From: an uncultured Acidobacteriota bacterium
Lineage (GTDB): Bacteria; Acidobacteriota; Thermoanaerobaculia; Multivoradales; SZUA-115
NCBI GenBank assembly: GCA_963805975.1
Contig: CAWDVR010000004.1
Span: forward strand, 320,001 to 384,000
DNA length: 64,000 nt
Direction: 5' to 3'
Position numbers and translations under genes: made by a program. Positions 1 through 8,313 of this stretch are shown here, in pieces (position 1 is the first letter of the stretch; each line of letters opens with the position of its first letter). Below the pieces are notes generated by a model. That model had not been told where the DNA came from. It ran no database searches and worked only from the letters and a program-made list of their open reading frames with translations.

Positions 1-1244
1 GGCGGGCCCACGAAGAGGAGGATCGGGCTGCGCCGCGACGGGTCCTCGGGATCCTTCGCCACGGGCGCCACCGGCTGAGGTTCCACGACCGGCTCATCTG
101 CGATCGGCTCCTCGCTCGCCGCGATCGTTTCCTCGCGCGGCTCGGCCGGAGCGTCGTCCATCTCGTCGTCGGCCTCGGCAACAGCCGCCTCGGCCTGTTC
201 CCGTTCTTTCTGCGCCGCCTGCCGCAACTGGCGCACCGCCAGGAACTCGAGCACGCGGTCCTTGACGTCGCCCAGGGCGTAGTGGTCCTGGTCGAGAATC
301 TCGGCCGCCTGCCCCAGGTCGAGGGACTCCTCGTCACGCTCGTTCCAGGGCAGCTCCGACACCGTCTCGAGGAAGGTGCGAATGACCTGCGACTCCATGC
401 CCTCGCGACCGATGCGCGACAGGCGCCCGAGCTCCCGGTCGACCTCCTTCTTCGCCGTCGGCGGCAGGTTCAGGGCCTCGAGGCGCTCCTTGAGCTCGGC
501 CACGTCGTCGCCGCCGTCGCTCTCGCCGAGCTCCTTCTGGATGGCCTTCATCTGTTCGCGCAGCAGCATCTCGCGCTGGCGCCCGCCGAGCTCCTCCTGC
601 ACCTTGGACTTGATGTCCTCCTGCGCGTCGAGCACCGCGAGCTGCTTTTGCACGTGCACCAGCACGCGCCGCAGCCGCTCTTCGACGGAGAGGATCTCGA
701 GCAGGTTCTGGCGTTCGGCGATGGTGCCTTCCACGTGGGCGGCCACCAGATCGGCGAAGCGGCCGGGGTCCTCGACGCTCGACAGCACCTGCTGCACGGC
801 CTCGCGCGGCAGGCCGGACTTCTGGCCCAGCTCGGCCGCGCGCTGGTGGAGCTCGCGGTAGAGGCCGACGTAGCTCGGATCGTCCAGCTTGAGCGGCGGC
901 ATCTCCTCGGCCACGCGCACCACCGCCTGGAGGTAGCCCTCCTTCTCGACGATGCGCACGGCGATGCCGCGCTCCTGGCCGTGAAGCAGCAGATGGACGC
1001 CGGAAAGACCACGTTGCAACTGGTCGAAGCGGGCGATCGTGCCGATGGTGAAGAGGCTCTCGGGGGAGGCCTTGTCGGTCGCGTCGCGCTGGGCGACCGC
1101 GAACACCATGCGGTCGGTCTCGCGGGTGGCGACCTCGAGCGCCTTCAGGCTCGCGGGTCGGCCCACGCCGATGGGAAGGGTGACCTGCGGAAAGACGACG
1201 ACGTCTCGCAGGGCGAGGACGGGCAGGGTGAGCGTCTCGGTCAT
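1..1244 (-). CDS. lon: ATP-dependent Lon protease (endopeptidase La), 5' part; runs off the window start
   Basis: Translated by hand from ATG 1244 (RBS GAGAGG): MTETLTLPVLALRDVVVFP (LON N-domain), REMLLREQMKAIQKELG, LPWNER, DQDHYALGDVKDRVLEFLAV, PILLFVGP approaching Walker A at the window edge. Confidence 0.95.
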   Translation of the reverse strand, partial: MTETLTLPVLALRDVVVFPQVTLPIGVGRPASLKALEVATRETDRMVFAVAQRDATDKASPESLFTIGTIARFDQLQRGLSGVHLLLHGQERGIAVRIVEKEGYLQAVVRVAEEMPPLKLDDPSYVGLYRELHQRAAELGQKSGLPREAVQQVLSSVEDPGRFADLVAAHVEGTIAERQNLLEILSVEERLRRVLVHVQKQLAVLDAQEDIKSKVQEELGGRQREMLLREQMKAIQKELGESDGGDDVAELKERLEALNLPPTAKKEVDRELGRLSRIGREGMESQVIRTFLETVSELPWNERDEESLDLGQAAEILDQDHYALGDVKDRVLEFLAVRQLRQAAQKEREQAEAAVAEADDEMDDAPAEPREETIAASEEPIADEPVVEPQPVAPVAKDPEDPSRRSPILLFVGP

Positions 1245-1354
1245 GTCGATCCTCTCGATCGCGAAGAAGGGCCGCCCGACCCCCTGGGGGCATGGGCGGC
1301 CGACGCCTATCGAGAACGCCGACAGAGAAGGTGTTATTCCGAGGTCTTCGCGCC

Positions 1355-1396
1355 TCGCACTCAGGTTCGCGCGAAACCGGAAGAACCTGAGCGCGA
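1355..1396. promoter_or_regulatory. 14-bp inverted repeat (13/14) between the M56 gene stop and lon; terminator or operator
   Basis: tcgcactcaggttc-N14-gaacctgagcgcga. Confidence 0.4.
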
Positions 1397-1422
1397 ATGA
1401 CTACAATTTTCCTTGCGAGTCA

Positions 1423-3888
1423 TCATCCGGCCGGCGGCTCGATGGGCTCCTCGACCTCGTGCTCCGGCGCGTCCGGGGCCGGTGTGCTCTCGGCGCGTGG
1501 AGGGCGGGGTGGGTGCGGTGTCGCGTGGTCGCGGTGGTGGTTGCGCGAGCGATCGAGGTCCATCCGGGTGCGCTCGAGCTCGTGCACGGCACGCTCCAGG
1601 CTCTCGCGGGCCGCTCGCCCGGCCTCGGCCGTGGCCTGATCGATCGCGCTCCGGGCCTCTGCCAGCGCGCGGTCGATCTCGGCCTGGGACAGCTTGCCGC
1701 CTCGCGCCAGCTCTCGCTCGAGCTCGCCGCGGACCTGCTGTTCGATCACCTGCCGCTGCCCGGCGAGCTCACGATCGAGGCCGGCCAGATGACGCCGGAT
1801 CTCCACCTGCTGGCGGTCGAGGTTTCTCCTCACCTCGACCAGCGCCTGCCGTTGCGCGTCGGCCACGGCGTCTTCGATCGCCTCGCGCTGGTCCGCGAGC
1901 GAGTCGATCGCCTGCCGGCGGGCGTCCTCCATGGCGTCGTGCCGATACTGCTCCGAAGGGTCGTGGTGCGCGCGCGGCGCACGAGCGTCCCGGCCCGGCG
2001 GGCGTGGGGTGTAAAGCTCACCGGACCGGCGCTCGGACATCGACTCCGCCAGGGCCCGCGTCTCGGCCGCCATCTGCGCGACCTTGGCGGGCGAGCGGCT
2101 GGCCTCGGCGGCGCGGGCCGCGCTCGCCTCCACCATGCGGTCGTGCTCCTCGATCGAGATCGCGTCGGCGCGTAGCGCGACGCGCGCCGACTGCCGCAGC
2201 AGCCGCGTCAGCTCGACGGCCGGGACTTGGCGCGCCGCAGCCAGGGCCTCCATCTCATGAGCGATGGCCGCCAGCTCGTGCCCCGGGTGCCAGGCGCGCG
2301 GAGCGCGTGGCGTACCCGGTGCGGGAGGAGCCGGCGGTGCCCCGGGCGCTGGTGGAGCCTCGGGCGGCGGTGTCGCCTCCGGCGCGTGGCCGGGGGGAAG
2401 CGCGGCTCGCGGTGCCCGCGGTGCTCGCGGCGAAGGCGGAGCCATCGGGGGAGGTGGCGGCGAGCCCCAGGCCTCGGCGATCACGGGGTGCGGCGCCGGT
2501 ATTCCGGGCAGCGGCGCCATGCGTTCGATCACAACGGGCTCGATCACACCGGGGACCTCCGGCAGATCTCCGTCCAGGGGAGCCAGGGCGGGCAGCGCCT
2601 CGGGCAACGCGTGGAGCTCGATCGGCAAGACCTCGGGCATCGGTGCCAGCGGTTCGATGATCTCCAGCCGGGGCAGCTCCGGCTCGGGCGCCGCCGCGGG
2701 CTCGGGCATCGCTTCCGGCACAGGCCAGGCGATCTCCTCGCTCGGTGCCACCGGTTCTACGACCGGAACCTCTTGCGGCTCGGATGCGCCGCCGGCGAGC
2801 GTCAGGCCCGGCGCGAAGGCCACCACCGCCGTCAGCACCAGGGCCGATGCCGGCAAGGCCCAGCGCGGTACCCCGCGCTCGCCGGTGACCGTGCCGCTCG
2901 CGAGCAGACGCTCGATGCGCCGCGCCAGGTTCGACCGGCTGCGGCCCATGGCCGGCACCGGCAGCTCGGAGTACCGGTCCTTGACCAGCCAGGTGGCGAC
3001 CTCGGTCAGGGAGCGGGCGAGATCCTTGCCGCGCCCCGTGGCGCGGGCCGCCCAGTCGTCGCAGTGGAACTCGGAGAGCTCGAGGAGGCGGCGGCTCGCC
3101 AGCCGGTGGAGAGGCTGGAAGAAGAACAGCGCCTCCACCATCCGCAGGCCGGCGAGCCACAGTGGATCGCGCCGTACCAGGTGCGCCACCTCGTGGGCCA
3201 GGATGCCCTGCTGCAAGGTGGGGTGAAGCGAGGAGACGGCGCGTTCGGGCATGCAGATCTCCGGGCGGGCCAGGCCGCGGGCGAAAGGCACCGCGAAGCG
3301 GCGCGTGGAGGTGAGGCGCACGGCGCGACCGGCGAGGGCCGGGGCTGCGAGATCGTCGAGCATCTCGGTGAGCGGTCCACCGGCGATCGGCCGGCGGCCG
3401 GTGAGCCGGCGCCGGAAGGCGATCCAACCCGCGGTGAGGCGGATGGAGAAAAAGGCGGCGCCGGCAGCCCACAGGGCGAGGAGCAGAGCGGGCAGGGTCG
3501 ACGGGCTTCGTCCGAAGCCGGACGAGGCTCGCGGTGCGGGCCTGGCAGCCGTCGGCCGCAATTCGATCGCCGTGCCGCTCGCGAGCGGCATGGCCGTGAG
3601 CTCGGCCAGCGGTGTGATCGCGGCCGGCTGCTCGATCGCCGTGCGGGCTGCCGGGGGGGTGACCGGAGCTGCGGCCAACGCGCCGCCCAAGGCGAGCTGC
3701 AACGAAGCGGTGATCAGGCCGCCCGCCAGGGCCGAGCGCCAGATCCATTCCTCGGCCGCCGTGTTCCTGCCCGCGAGCCAGCGCGAGGCGAGCCAGGCCG
3801 CGCCCAGGAGCACGGTGCTGTGCACCAGATAGTTGACGAGCCAGGCTGCTGCCACGCCCGTCCAGCCGTTCGAGCTCAGTGCGTGCAT
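1423..3888 (-). CDS. BlaR1/MecR1-like M56 family membrane metallopeptidase with Pro-rich and coiled-coil C-terminal extension
   Basis: WLVNYLVHSTVLL N-terminal TM, ILAHEVAHLVRRD (HExxH), LFFFQPL, EFHCDDWA, LARRIERLL; directly downstream of blaI-like gene. Confidence 0.9.
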   Translation of the reverse strand: MHALSSNGWTGVAAAWLVNYLVHSTVLLGAAWLASRWLAGRNTAAEEWIWRSALAGGLITASLQLALGGALAAAPVTPPAARTAIEQPAAITPLAELTAMPLASGTAIELRPTAARPAPRASSGFGRSPSTLPALLLALWAAGAAFFSIRLTAGWIAFRRRLTGRRPIAGGPLTEMLDDLAAPALAGRAVRLTSTRRFAVPFARGLARPEICMPERAVSSLHPTLQQGILAHEVAHLVRRDPLWLAGLRMVEALFFFQPLHRLASRRLLELSEFHCDDWAARATGRGKDLARSLTEVATWLVKDRYSELPVPAMGRSRSNLARRIERLLASGTVTGERGVPRWALPASALVLTAVVAFAPGLTLAGGASEPQEVPVVEPVAPSEEIAWPVPEAMPEPAAAPEPELPRLEIIEPLAPMPEVLPIELHALPEALPALAPLDGDLPEVPGVIEPVVIERMAPLPGIPAPHPVIAEAWGSPPPPPMAPPSPRAPRAPRAALPPGHAPEATPPPEAPPAPGAPPAPPAPGTPRAPRAWHPGHELAAIAHEMEALAAARQVPAVELTRLLRQSARVALRADAISIEEHDRMVEASAARAAEASRSPAKVAQMAAETRALAESMSERRSGELYTPRPPGRDARAPRAHHDPSEQYRHDAMEDARRQAIDSLADQREAIEDAVADAQRQALVEVRRNLDRQQVEIRRHLAGLDRELAGQRQVIEQQVRGELERELARGGKLSQAEIDRALAEARSAIDQATAEAGRAARESLERAVHELERTRMDLDRSRNHHRDHATPHPPRPPRAESTPAPDAPEHEVEEPIEPPAG

Positions 3889-3889
3889 C

Positions 3890-4270
3890 TCAGCCCTCCT
3901 CTTCTTTCTCGGCGATGGTGGCTTTCAAGGCGGCCAGCTCGCTGGCGTCGATCTCGTACTCGGACAGCAGGTGGCTGACGAGCGCCGCGGCGTCGCCGGC
4001 AAAGAAGCGCGCCGTGAGATCGCTCACCATCGACTGGCGCACCTCGCTCTCGGACACCCGCGGCTGGTAGATGAACCGCCGGCCCTCGGTGCGATGGCCG
4101 ACGATTCCCCGGGCTTCCATCTTGGTCAACATGGTGGCGATCGTGGTCAGCGCCAGGCCGCGTTCCTCCTCGAGCTGCTGGTGAACGTCGGCAACCGACG
4201 CTTCACCGTGCTGCCAGAGAACGCTCAGGATGGCGTGCTGGAGATCGCCGAGGCGGTGGGGGGTAGACAT
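3890..4270 (-). CDS. BlaI/MecI/CopY family transcriptional repressor
   Basis: LGDLQHAILSVLWQHGEASVADV, LALTTIATMLTKMEARG, EGRRFIYQP, FFAGDAAALVSHLL; ATG 4270 with GGGAGG RBS. Confidence 0.93.
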   Translation of the reverse strand: MSTPHRLGDLQHAILSVLWQHGEASVADVHQQLEEERGLALTTIATMLTKMEARGIVGHRTEGRRFIYQPRVSESEVRQSMVSDLTARFFAGDAAALVSHLLSEYEIDASELAALKATIAEKEEEG

Positions 4271-4293
4271 GATCGGTGGTCCTCCCTGTCTCA

Positions 4294-4331
4294 ACTACCT
4301 GGATAGTACTACCGCGCTAGTTGAGAGTCAA
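4294..4331 (-). promoter_or_regulatory. Sigma70-type promoter (TTGACT-17-TACTAT) overlapped by two tandem BlaI-type operator palindromes
   Basis: Minus strand -35 at 4326-4331 and -10 at 4303-4308; ACTACctggATAGT (4294-4307) and ACTACcgcgCTAGT (4308-4321) resemble the BlaI/MecI ACTACAnnTGTAGT box. Confidence 0.8.
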
Positions 4332-4382
4332 GAGGGGACTGACTGAGTTACGCGAGATGGCAGGCGGGGTTGCTGGCCGGCC

Positions 4383-4459
4383 TCACTGCCGCGCGGCGAC
4401 CTCGGCGAAGACGGCGCGGAAGTCCGTGGTCACCGGCAGGTCCCGCTGCGCGTCCACAT
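4383..4459 (-). pseudogene. DUF1501-family gene remnant (start codon fused out of frame to C-terminal motif)
   Basis: ATG TGG ACG CGC (MWTR) at 4459 joined to RDLPVTTDFRAVFAEVAARQ*G, matching the DUF1501 C-terminal 'RDLxVTTDFRxVFAEV..RHLG' pattern. Confidence 0.65.
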
Positions 4460-4482
4460 GGCTCGCTCTCTCTCGAGCCTGC

Positions 4483-4650
4483 TCAGCGGCGCTGGAGCTC
4501 GGGCGAGCCGAAGATGGCGCTCACGATTTGTTCGATCGATGTGGGGCTCGGCGCGGTTGCGTGTGTAGATCGAGAAGCTCGCGCGCGTAGTTCTCGTTGA
4601 GCCCTTGCGGTACGCGTCGTCGTCGCCGCGGACCCCGGGGAGCGGAGCGG
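4483..4650 (-). pseudogene. DUF1800-family gene remnant
   Basis: GLNENYARELLDLHT (4604-4560) followed in another frame by SIEQIVSAIFGSPELQRR* (stop 4483); these are the internal and C-terminal DUF1800 signatures. Confidence 0.7.
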
Positions 4651-4719
4651 GGAAGCTTGGGATGCGAAAAGGGGAGAGGGAACCTTGGTGCCGAGCCGGG
4701 AGACCCGACACGAGTGAGG

Positions 4720-4763
4720 GGCCGGAGCCCGGCCTTCCGTTGCCGAAAGACCGGGCTCCGGCC
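4720..4763 (-). terminator. Hairpin downstream of the histone-like gene
   Basis: Perfect 13-bp arms ggccggagcccgg / ccgggctccggcc, 14 nt after the stop at 4778. Confidence 0.65.
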
Positions 4764-4777
4764 TCGTTGCAAGCTGC

Positions 4778-4927
4778 TTACTTCGCCTTCTTCGCGGCGG
4801 TCTTCTTGGCAGCGGGCTTCTTGGCGGCGGCCTTCTTCGGCGCAGCCTTCTTCGCTGCTGCGGGCTTCTTGGCGGCGGCCTTCTTCGGCGCAGCCTTCTT
4901 CGCGGCGGGCTTCTTCGCAGTGGCCAT
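4778..4927 (-). CDS. Small Lys/Ala/Pro-rich histone H1-like DNA-binding protein (49 aa)
   Basis: MATAKKPAAKKAAPKKAAAKKPAAAKKAAPKKAAAKKPAAKKTAAKKAK*; RBS GAGGAG; followed by a hairpin; absent from the ORF track. Confidence 0.85.
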   Translation of the reverse strand: MATAKKPAAKKAAPKKAAAKKPAAAKKAAPKKAAAKKPAAKKTAAKKAK

Positions 4928-5308
4928 AGTCTTTCTCCTCTAGAGTTGGCGGCGCGATCAAATCTCGCGTCGCAGTACCACGAAACTTCCCTCGGCAAAA
5001 AAAGAAGCGCCGGGCTCGAGGACGTCGTGCTGCGCGACCTCGTGCCATGCGCTTCCTAGACAGAATGTTTTGCTCATCGGTGAGAAAAACTGTAAGGCAC
5101 TCTGTCAAGAGAGTCAATCACTCGAAACGCACTTCGCGAGGTGTGCGCCACCGAGGAGCTCGCACCGCGCATGGAGCGACGAGGAGAGCTGCGAGCTTTC
5201 ATCGAGAAAATGGCTGCAACGTCACACTCGCGTGCATCGCGCTCCGGCACGTGCACCAACGACGCGCGCGCCGGAACACGCGCATCCACACGCGTTCGAG
5301 CGCGGCGT

Positions 5309-6379
5309 CTACAGACCGGCGGGAGTGAGTGAAGAGAGCGGCGGGTGATAGCCGACGCGTAGTGCGAGCTTCGCAGCGGCGCTCGTGAGCTCTACCTCGA
5401 CCTCGTCGGAGTGCGTTTGGCGCGCGGTGCGGTCGAAGACGGCGCGGCGGGAGAAGCGCAGACGAGTGTCCGCCGAACGTGCGCCGGAGAGCGGCACGTC
5501 GAAGCCGCCCTCGACGACGACCTCGCGCTCGCTCACCGCGCTCACGTGGAAGAGTGCACTGCCACCACCCTCACCGAGGAGCTTGCCGCGCACCTTGGGC
5601 GCCAGCGTCTCGAGCACGCGCCGCGCTGTCTCCGCGACGCGCTCTTGCCCGAGCGCGTACGAGCTGCCGAGCGCCGCGGCGCGCTCCGCGTCGTCGTCCG
5701 GGAAGAGCGGCAGCGCCAGGAGATCGAGAGCGGCGGCGAGCGCGTGGTAGGTGTGCGGCTCCCAGGGAAAAGGCCTTGTTTCGCCGTGGTTCCAGAACCA
5801 GTAGCCATGCGGCGGAGCGCGCTTCGCGGCCTCGGCCTGCCGCCAGGCCGCGAGGTGAGCGTCGAGGTCGCCGGGCAGCCAGCGGTCGGTGAGCCGATCG
5901 ACGGCGCTGGTCACGCGGCCCGAGCGCGCCACCTCGACGAGGAAGCGTCCGCGCGGCGGACCGATCACCACGAAGGCGAAGCTGCCGTCGAAGGGCAGGC
6001 GTGCGAGCCCGGCGTCCGCGAGGCGCCGATGCTGGTCGCGGCCGAGGCGGTCGACCTCGTCGCTCGCCTGCGCGAGCGCTTCCCAGCTCGGCTCGGCGAG
6101 CGTGACCACGGCACCGAGCTTCGCCTCTTCGCCGAGCGGTCCGGCAGGGTCGACGGTGTAGAGCTTCCATGCCGGGGCGAGAGGCTCGAGCAAGGAGAGC
6201 CGCACGCCGCCATCACTCTTCCTCTCACTTTCCATCAGCAGGCGCGCCGCGGCGCGCACCGTGGCGTCGAGCGCCGGTGTCTCGACGCGCGCGTCGAGCT
6301 CGAAGGAGAGCTCCACCGTGTACGGCGGTGAAGCGGCGGCGGCCAGCGTCGTGCCGAGCACCCACGCCGCGGCGAGCAC
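5309..6379 (-). CDS. Hypothetical exported protein
   Basis: Long ORF with signal-peptide-like start (GTG ~6379, MLAAAWVLGTTLAAAA); start uncertain; no family recognised. Confidence 0.6.
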   Translation of the reverse strand: MLAAAWVLGTTLAAAASPPYTVELSFELDARVETPALDATVRAAARLLMESERKSDGGVRLSLLEPLAPAWKLYTVDPAGPLGEEAKLGAVVTLAEPSWEALAQASDEVDRLGRDQHRRLADAGLARLPFDGSFAFVVIGPPRGRFLVEVARSGRVTSAVDRLTDRWLPGDLDAHLAAWRQAEAAKRAPPHGYWFWNHGETRPFPWEPHTYHALAAALDLLALPLFPDDDAERAAALGSSYALGQERVAETARRVLETLAPKVRGKLLGEGGGSALFHVSAVSEREVVVEGGFDVPLSGARSADTRLRFSRRAVFDRTARQTHSDEVEVELTSAAAKLALRVGYHPPLSSLTPAGL

Positions 6380-6384
6380 GCTGC

Positions 6385-7311
6385 TCAGTGCGGAGCGCCC
6401 CACATCTTCTCGCCCGCCTCGATCCGCAGCTCGAGCTTGTTCTGGCGCGGCGGCAGTGGGCAGGTGGCGTAGGGCGTGAACACGCAGGGAGGGTTGTAGG
6501 CCTGATTGAAGTCGAGGACCGCCTTGCCGCCCTGGGCGGCAGGCACGGACAGAAAGCGCCCACCGCCGTAGGTCTCGTGGCCGTTGGTCGCGTCGCCGAA
6601 GACCAGGAAGAGATCCTGGCCCGTCTCGCCGGTGGGCTCGAGCCGATAGGTCTCGCCGCCGCGTTCGAAGACCACGGCGCCGGGCGAGGTCTCGTCGAAG
6701 TCGGTGCCGATGATGTTGGGCACCTTGATCTTCTTGGGCGGATCGTAGGGCTCGAAGCGGGCCTCGATGCGCCACGAGGGGTCGACGGGGAAGCTCTCGA
6801 TGCCGGTGAAGCCCGCGAGCACCGGGCTCTCCTTGTCCTTCAATCGGATGCCGAGCTTGCCCGGCCGCTCGAGCACGTGGAAGGTGAGGCTGCCGATCGA
6901 GAGCAGGGTGGGCTTGCCGCTGGCGTCGGCGGCGAGCTCGATCCGCGGCGCGGTGATCTCTTTGCCGTCGGTCTGGAGGCCGGTGCCGGGAAGGGCTTCG
7001 AGCGAGACCTTCGTTCCCTGGCGATGGAAAGTGCCGAGCCGATCCGGCGCCTTGCCGGCGGGAAAGACCAGAGTGTTGTCCGGCGCCGAGCCGAAGGTGC
7101 TGGCGCCCTCCTCGAGCCAGAAGAGGCCCGCCAGGGTGAGCCAGCCGTTCTCACTCCTCAGGCTCTTCTCGCGCTCGGCACGCCACGCGTCGATCTCCGC
7201 GCGGTGTTCGGCATCCGTTGGCGCGGGGGGAGGCACGGGCGCCGGTGAGCACGCCGTGAGGGAAGAGACGGCAAAGGCGAGGAGAAAGACGCGCCGCAGG
7301 TGGGATCTCAT
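6385..7311 (-). CDS. DUF1684 domain lipoprotein
   Basis: LTAC lipobox, GWLTLAGLFWL, LFLVFGDATNGHETYGGGRFL, LDFNQAYNPPCVFTPYATCPLPPRQN, IEAGEK. Confidence 0.92.
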   Translation of the reverse strand: MRSHLRRVFLLAFAVSSLTACSPAPVPPPAPTDAEHRAEIDAWRAEREKSLRSENGWLTLAGLFWLEEGASTFGSAPDNTLVFPAGKAPDRLGTFHRQGTKVSLEALPGTGLQTDGKEITAPRIELAADASGKPTLLSIGSLTFHVLERPGKLGIRLKDKESPVLAGFTGIESFPVDPSWRIEARFEPYDPPKKIKVPNIIGTDFDETSPGAVVFERGGETYRLEPTGETGQDLFLVFGDATNGHETYGGGRFLSVPAAQGGKAVLDFNQAYNPPCVFTPYATCPLPPRQNKLELRIEAGEKMWGAPH

Positions 7312-7430
7312 GGCGGAAAGTCTACCAGCCCGCGCTTGCGTCCCGGCCGCGCACCCAGGCTAGAATCTGGCGCTCGAAGCACAAACCTTTCAGCCGACCG
7401 CGGCCTGGCCGCCGTCCCGAGGAACCGACG

Positions 7431-8174
7431 ATGAAGCGACGTCACGAGCTCATCCCCAGCCGTGCCATGGACCGGCGCATGAACGTATGGTGCTACGGCC
7501 ACTGGGGCGCGCCGCTCATGGTGCTGCCCACCGCGGCCGGCTTCGCCCACGAGTGGGAGGCGCAGGGCATGACCGAGGCCATCGAGGACCTGCTCGACGG
7601 CGGGCGCCTCAAGCTCTACTGCCCGGAGAGCAACGTCTCGCAGTCCTGGACCAGCAAGGAGGCGAGCCCGCAGGAGAAGGCGCTGCGCCACCGCGCTTAC
7701 GAGTCGTTCATCGTCGAGGAGCTGGTGCCCTGGATCCGGCAGGACTGCGGTGCGCCAGGCATCCGGGTCGGGGTCAGCGGCGCGAGCCTCGGCGGCTATT
7801 ACGCGGCCAACTTCGCGTTGAAGTTCCCCGAGATCTTCCACTACGCGCTCTGCATGAGCGGCCGCTACGACATCACCGAGTTCACGGACGGCGCTTCCAA
7901 CTCCGAGATCTACTTCAACAACCCGCTCGCCTACGTCCCCAACCTTCACGGCGAGCACCTGGAGCGCGTGCGCCGCGGCACGCACGTCACCCTGGTCTGC
8001 GGCCAGGGCCCCTGGGAGGAAGGCTGCATCGAGGAGACCATCCGCCTGGCGGAGGTGCTGGCGGCCAAGGACATCCCGCACGAGCGCGACATCTGGGGCC
8101 ACGACGTCTCCCACAACTGGGTGTGGTGGCAACGCCAGGCGCGGCTGCACTTGACGAAGACGTTCGGGGCGTGA
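7431..8174 (+). CDS. Esterase family alpha/beta hydrolase
   Basis: YGHWGAPLMVLPT, GASLGG nucleophile elbow, MSGRYD, YFNNP, IWGHDVSHNWVWW. Confidence 0.88.
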   Translation: MKRRHELIPSRAMDRRMNVWCYGHWGAPLMVLPTAAGFAHEWEAQGMTEAIEDLLDGGRLKLYCPESNVSQSWTSKEASPQEKALRHRAYESFIVEELVPWIRQDCGAPGIRVGVSGASLGGYYAANFALKFPEIFHYALCMSGRYDITEFTDGASNSEIYFNNPLAYVPNLHGEHLERVRRGTHVTLVCGQGPWEEGCIEETIRLAEVLAAKDIPHERDIWGHDVSHNWVWWQRQARLHLTKTFGA

Positions 8175-8176
8175 GG

Positions 8177-8307
8177 CCCCTCACCCCGACCCTCTCCCCG
8201 CTGACGCGGGGCGAGGGCGCCACCGCCCGCCGCGCGGAGTCGCTCGACCTCTCGCCAGCTCCGGTCCCCCCTCGCCCCGCTTGCGGGGAGAGGGCTAGGG
8301 TGAGGGG
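8177..8307. repeat. REP doublet / REPIN-like element, copy 1
   Basis: Two inverted CCCCTCACCCnnnCCCTCTCCCCGC..GCGGGGnGAGGG units around a spacer, between convergent genes; similar along its length (arms near-identical) to the reverse complement of 17367-17494. Confidence 0.85.
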
Positions 8308-8313
8308 CTCTGC

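Noticed and set aside
282-1400. 372-aa plus-strand ORF, and the many other long antisense or alternate-frame ORFs in the track (e.g. 9275-11248, 23499-26129, 57390-60080)
   Set aside because: Shadow ORFs of high-GC genes; the opposite strand or another frame carries clear family motifs
1345-1406. HspR (HAIR, CTTGAGT-N7-ACTCAAG) operator upstream of lon
   Set aside because: Only half-site-like matches (ACTCAGG, CCTGAGC) in the wrong relative orientation; kept only as a generic inverted repeat
4597-4715. GTACCGCAAGGG-containing stretch resembling a structured RNA or rRNA fragment
   Set aside because: Better explained as DUF1800 coding remnant; no extended rRNA or ncRNA similarity visible
4778-4927. 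Tandem DNA repeats as a possible CRISPR array or VNTR
   Set aside because: No unique spacers; the repeats are in-frame codons of the AKK protein
5075-5110. TTGACA upstream of the histone-like gene
   Set aside because: No acceptable -10 at 16-18 bp spacing
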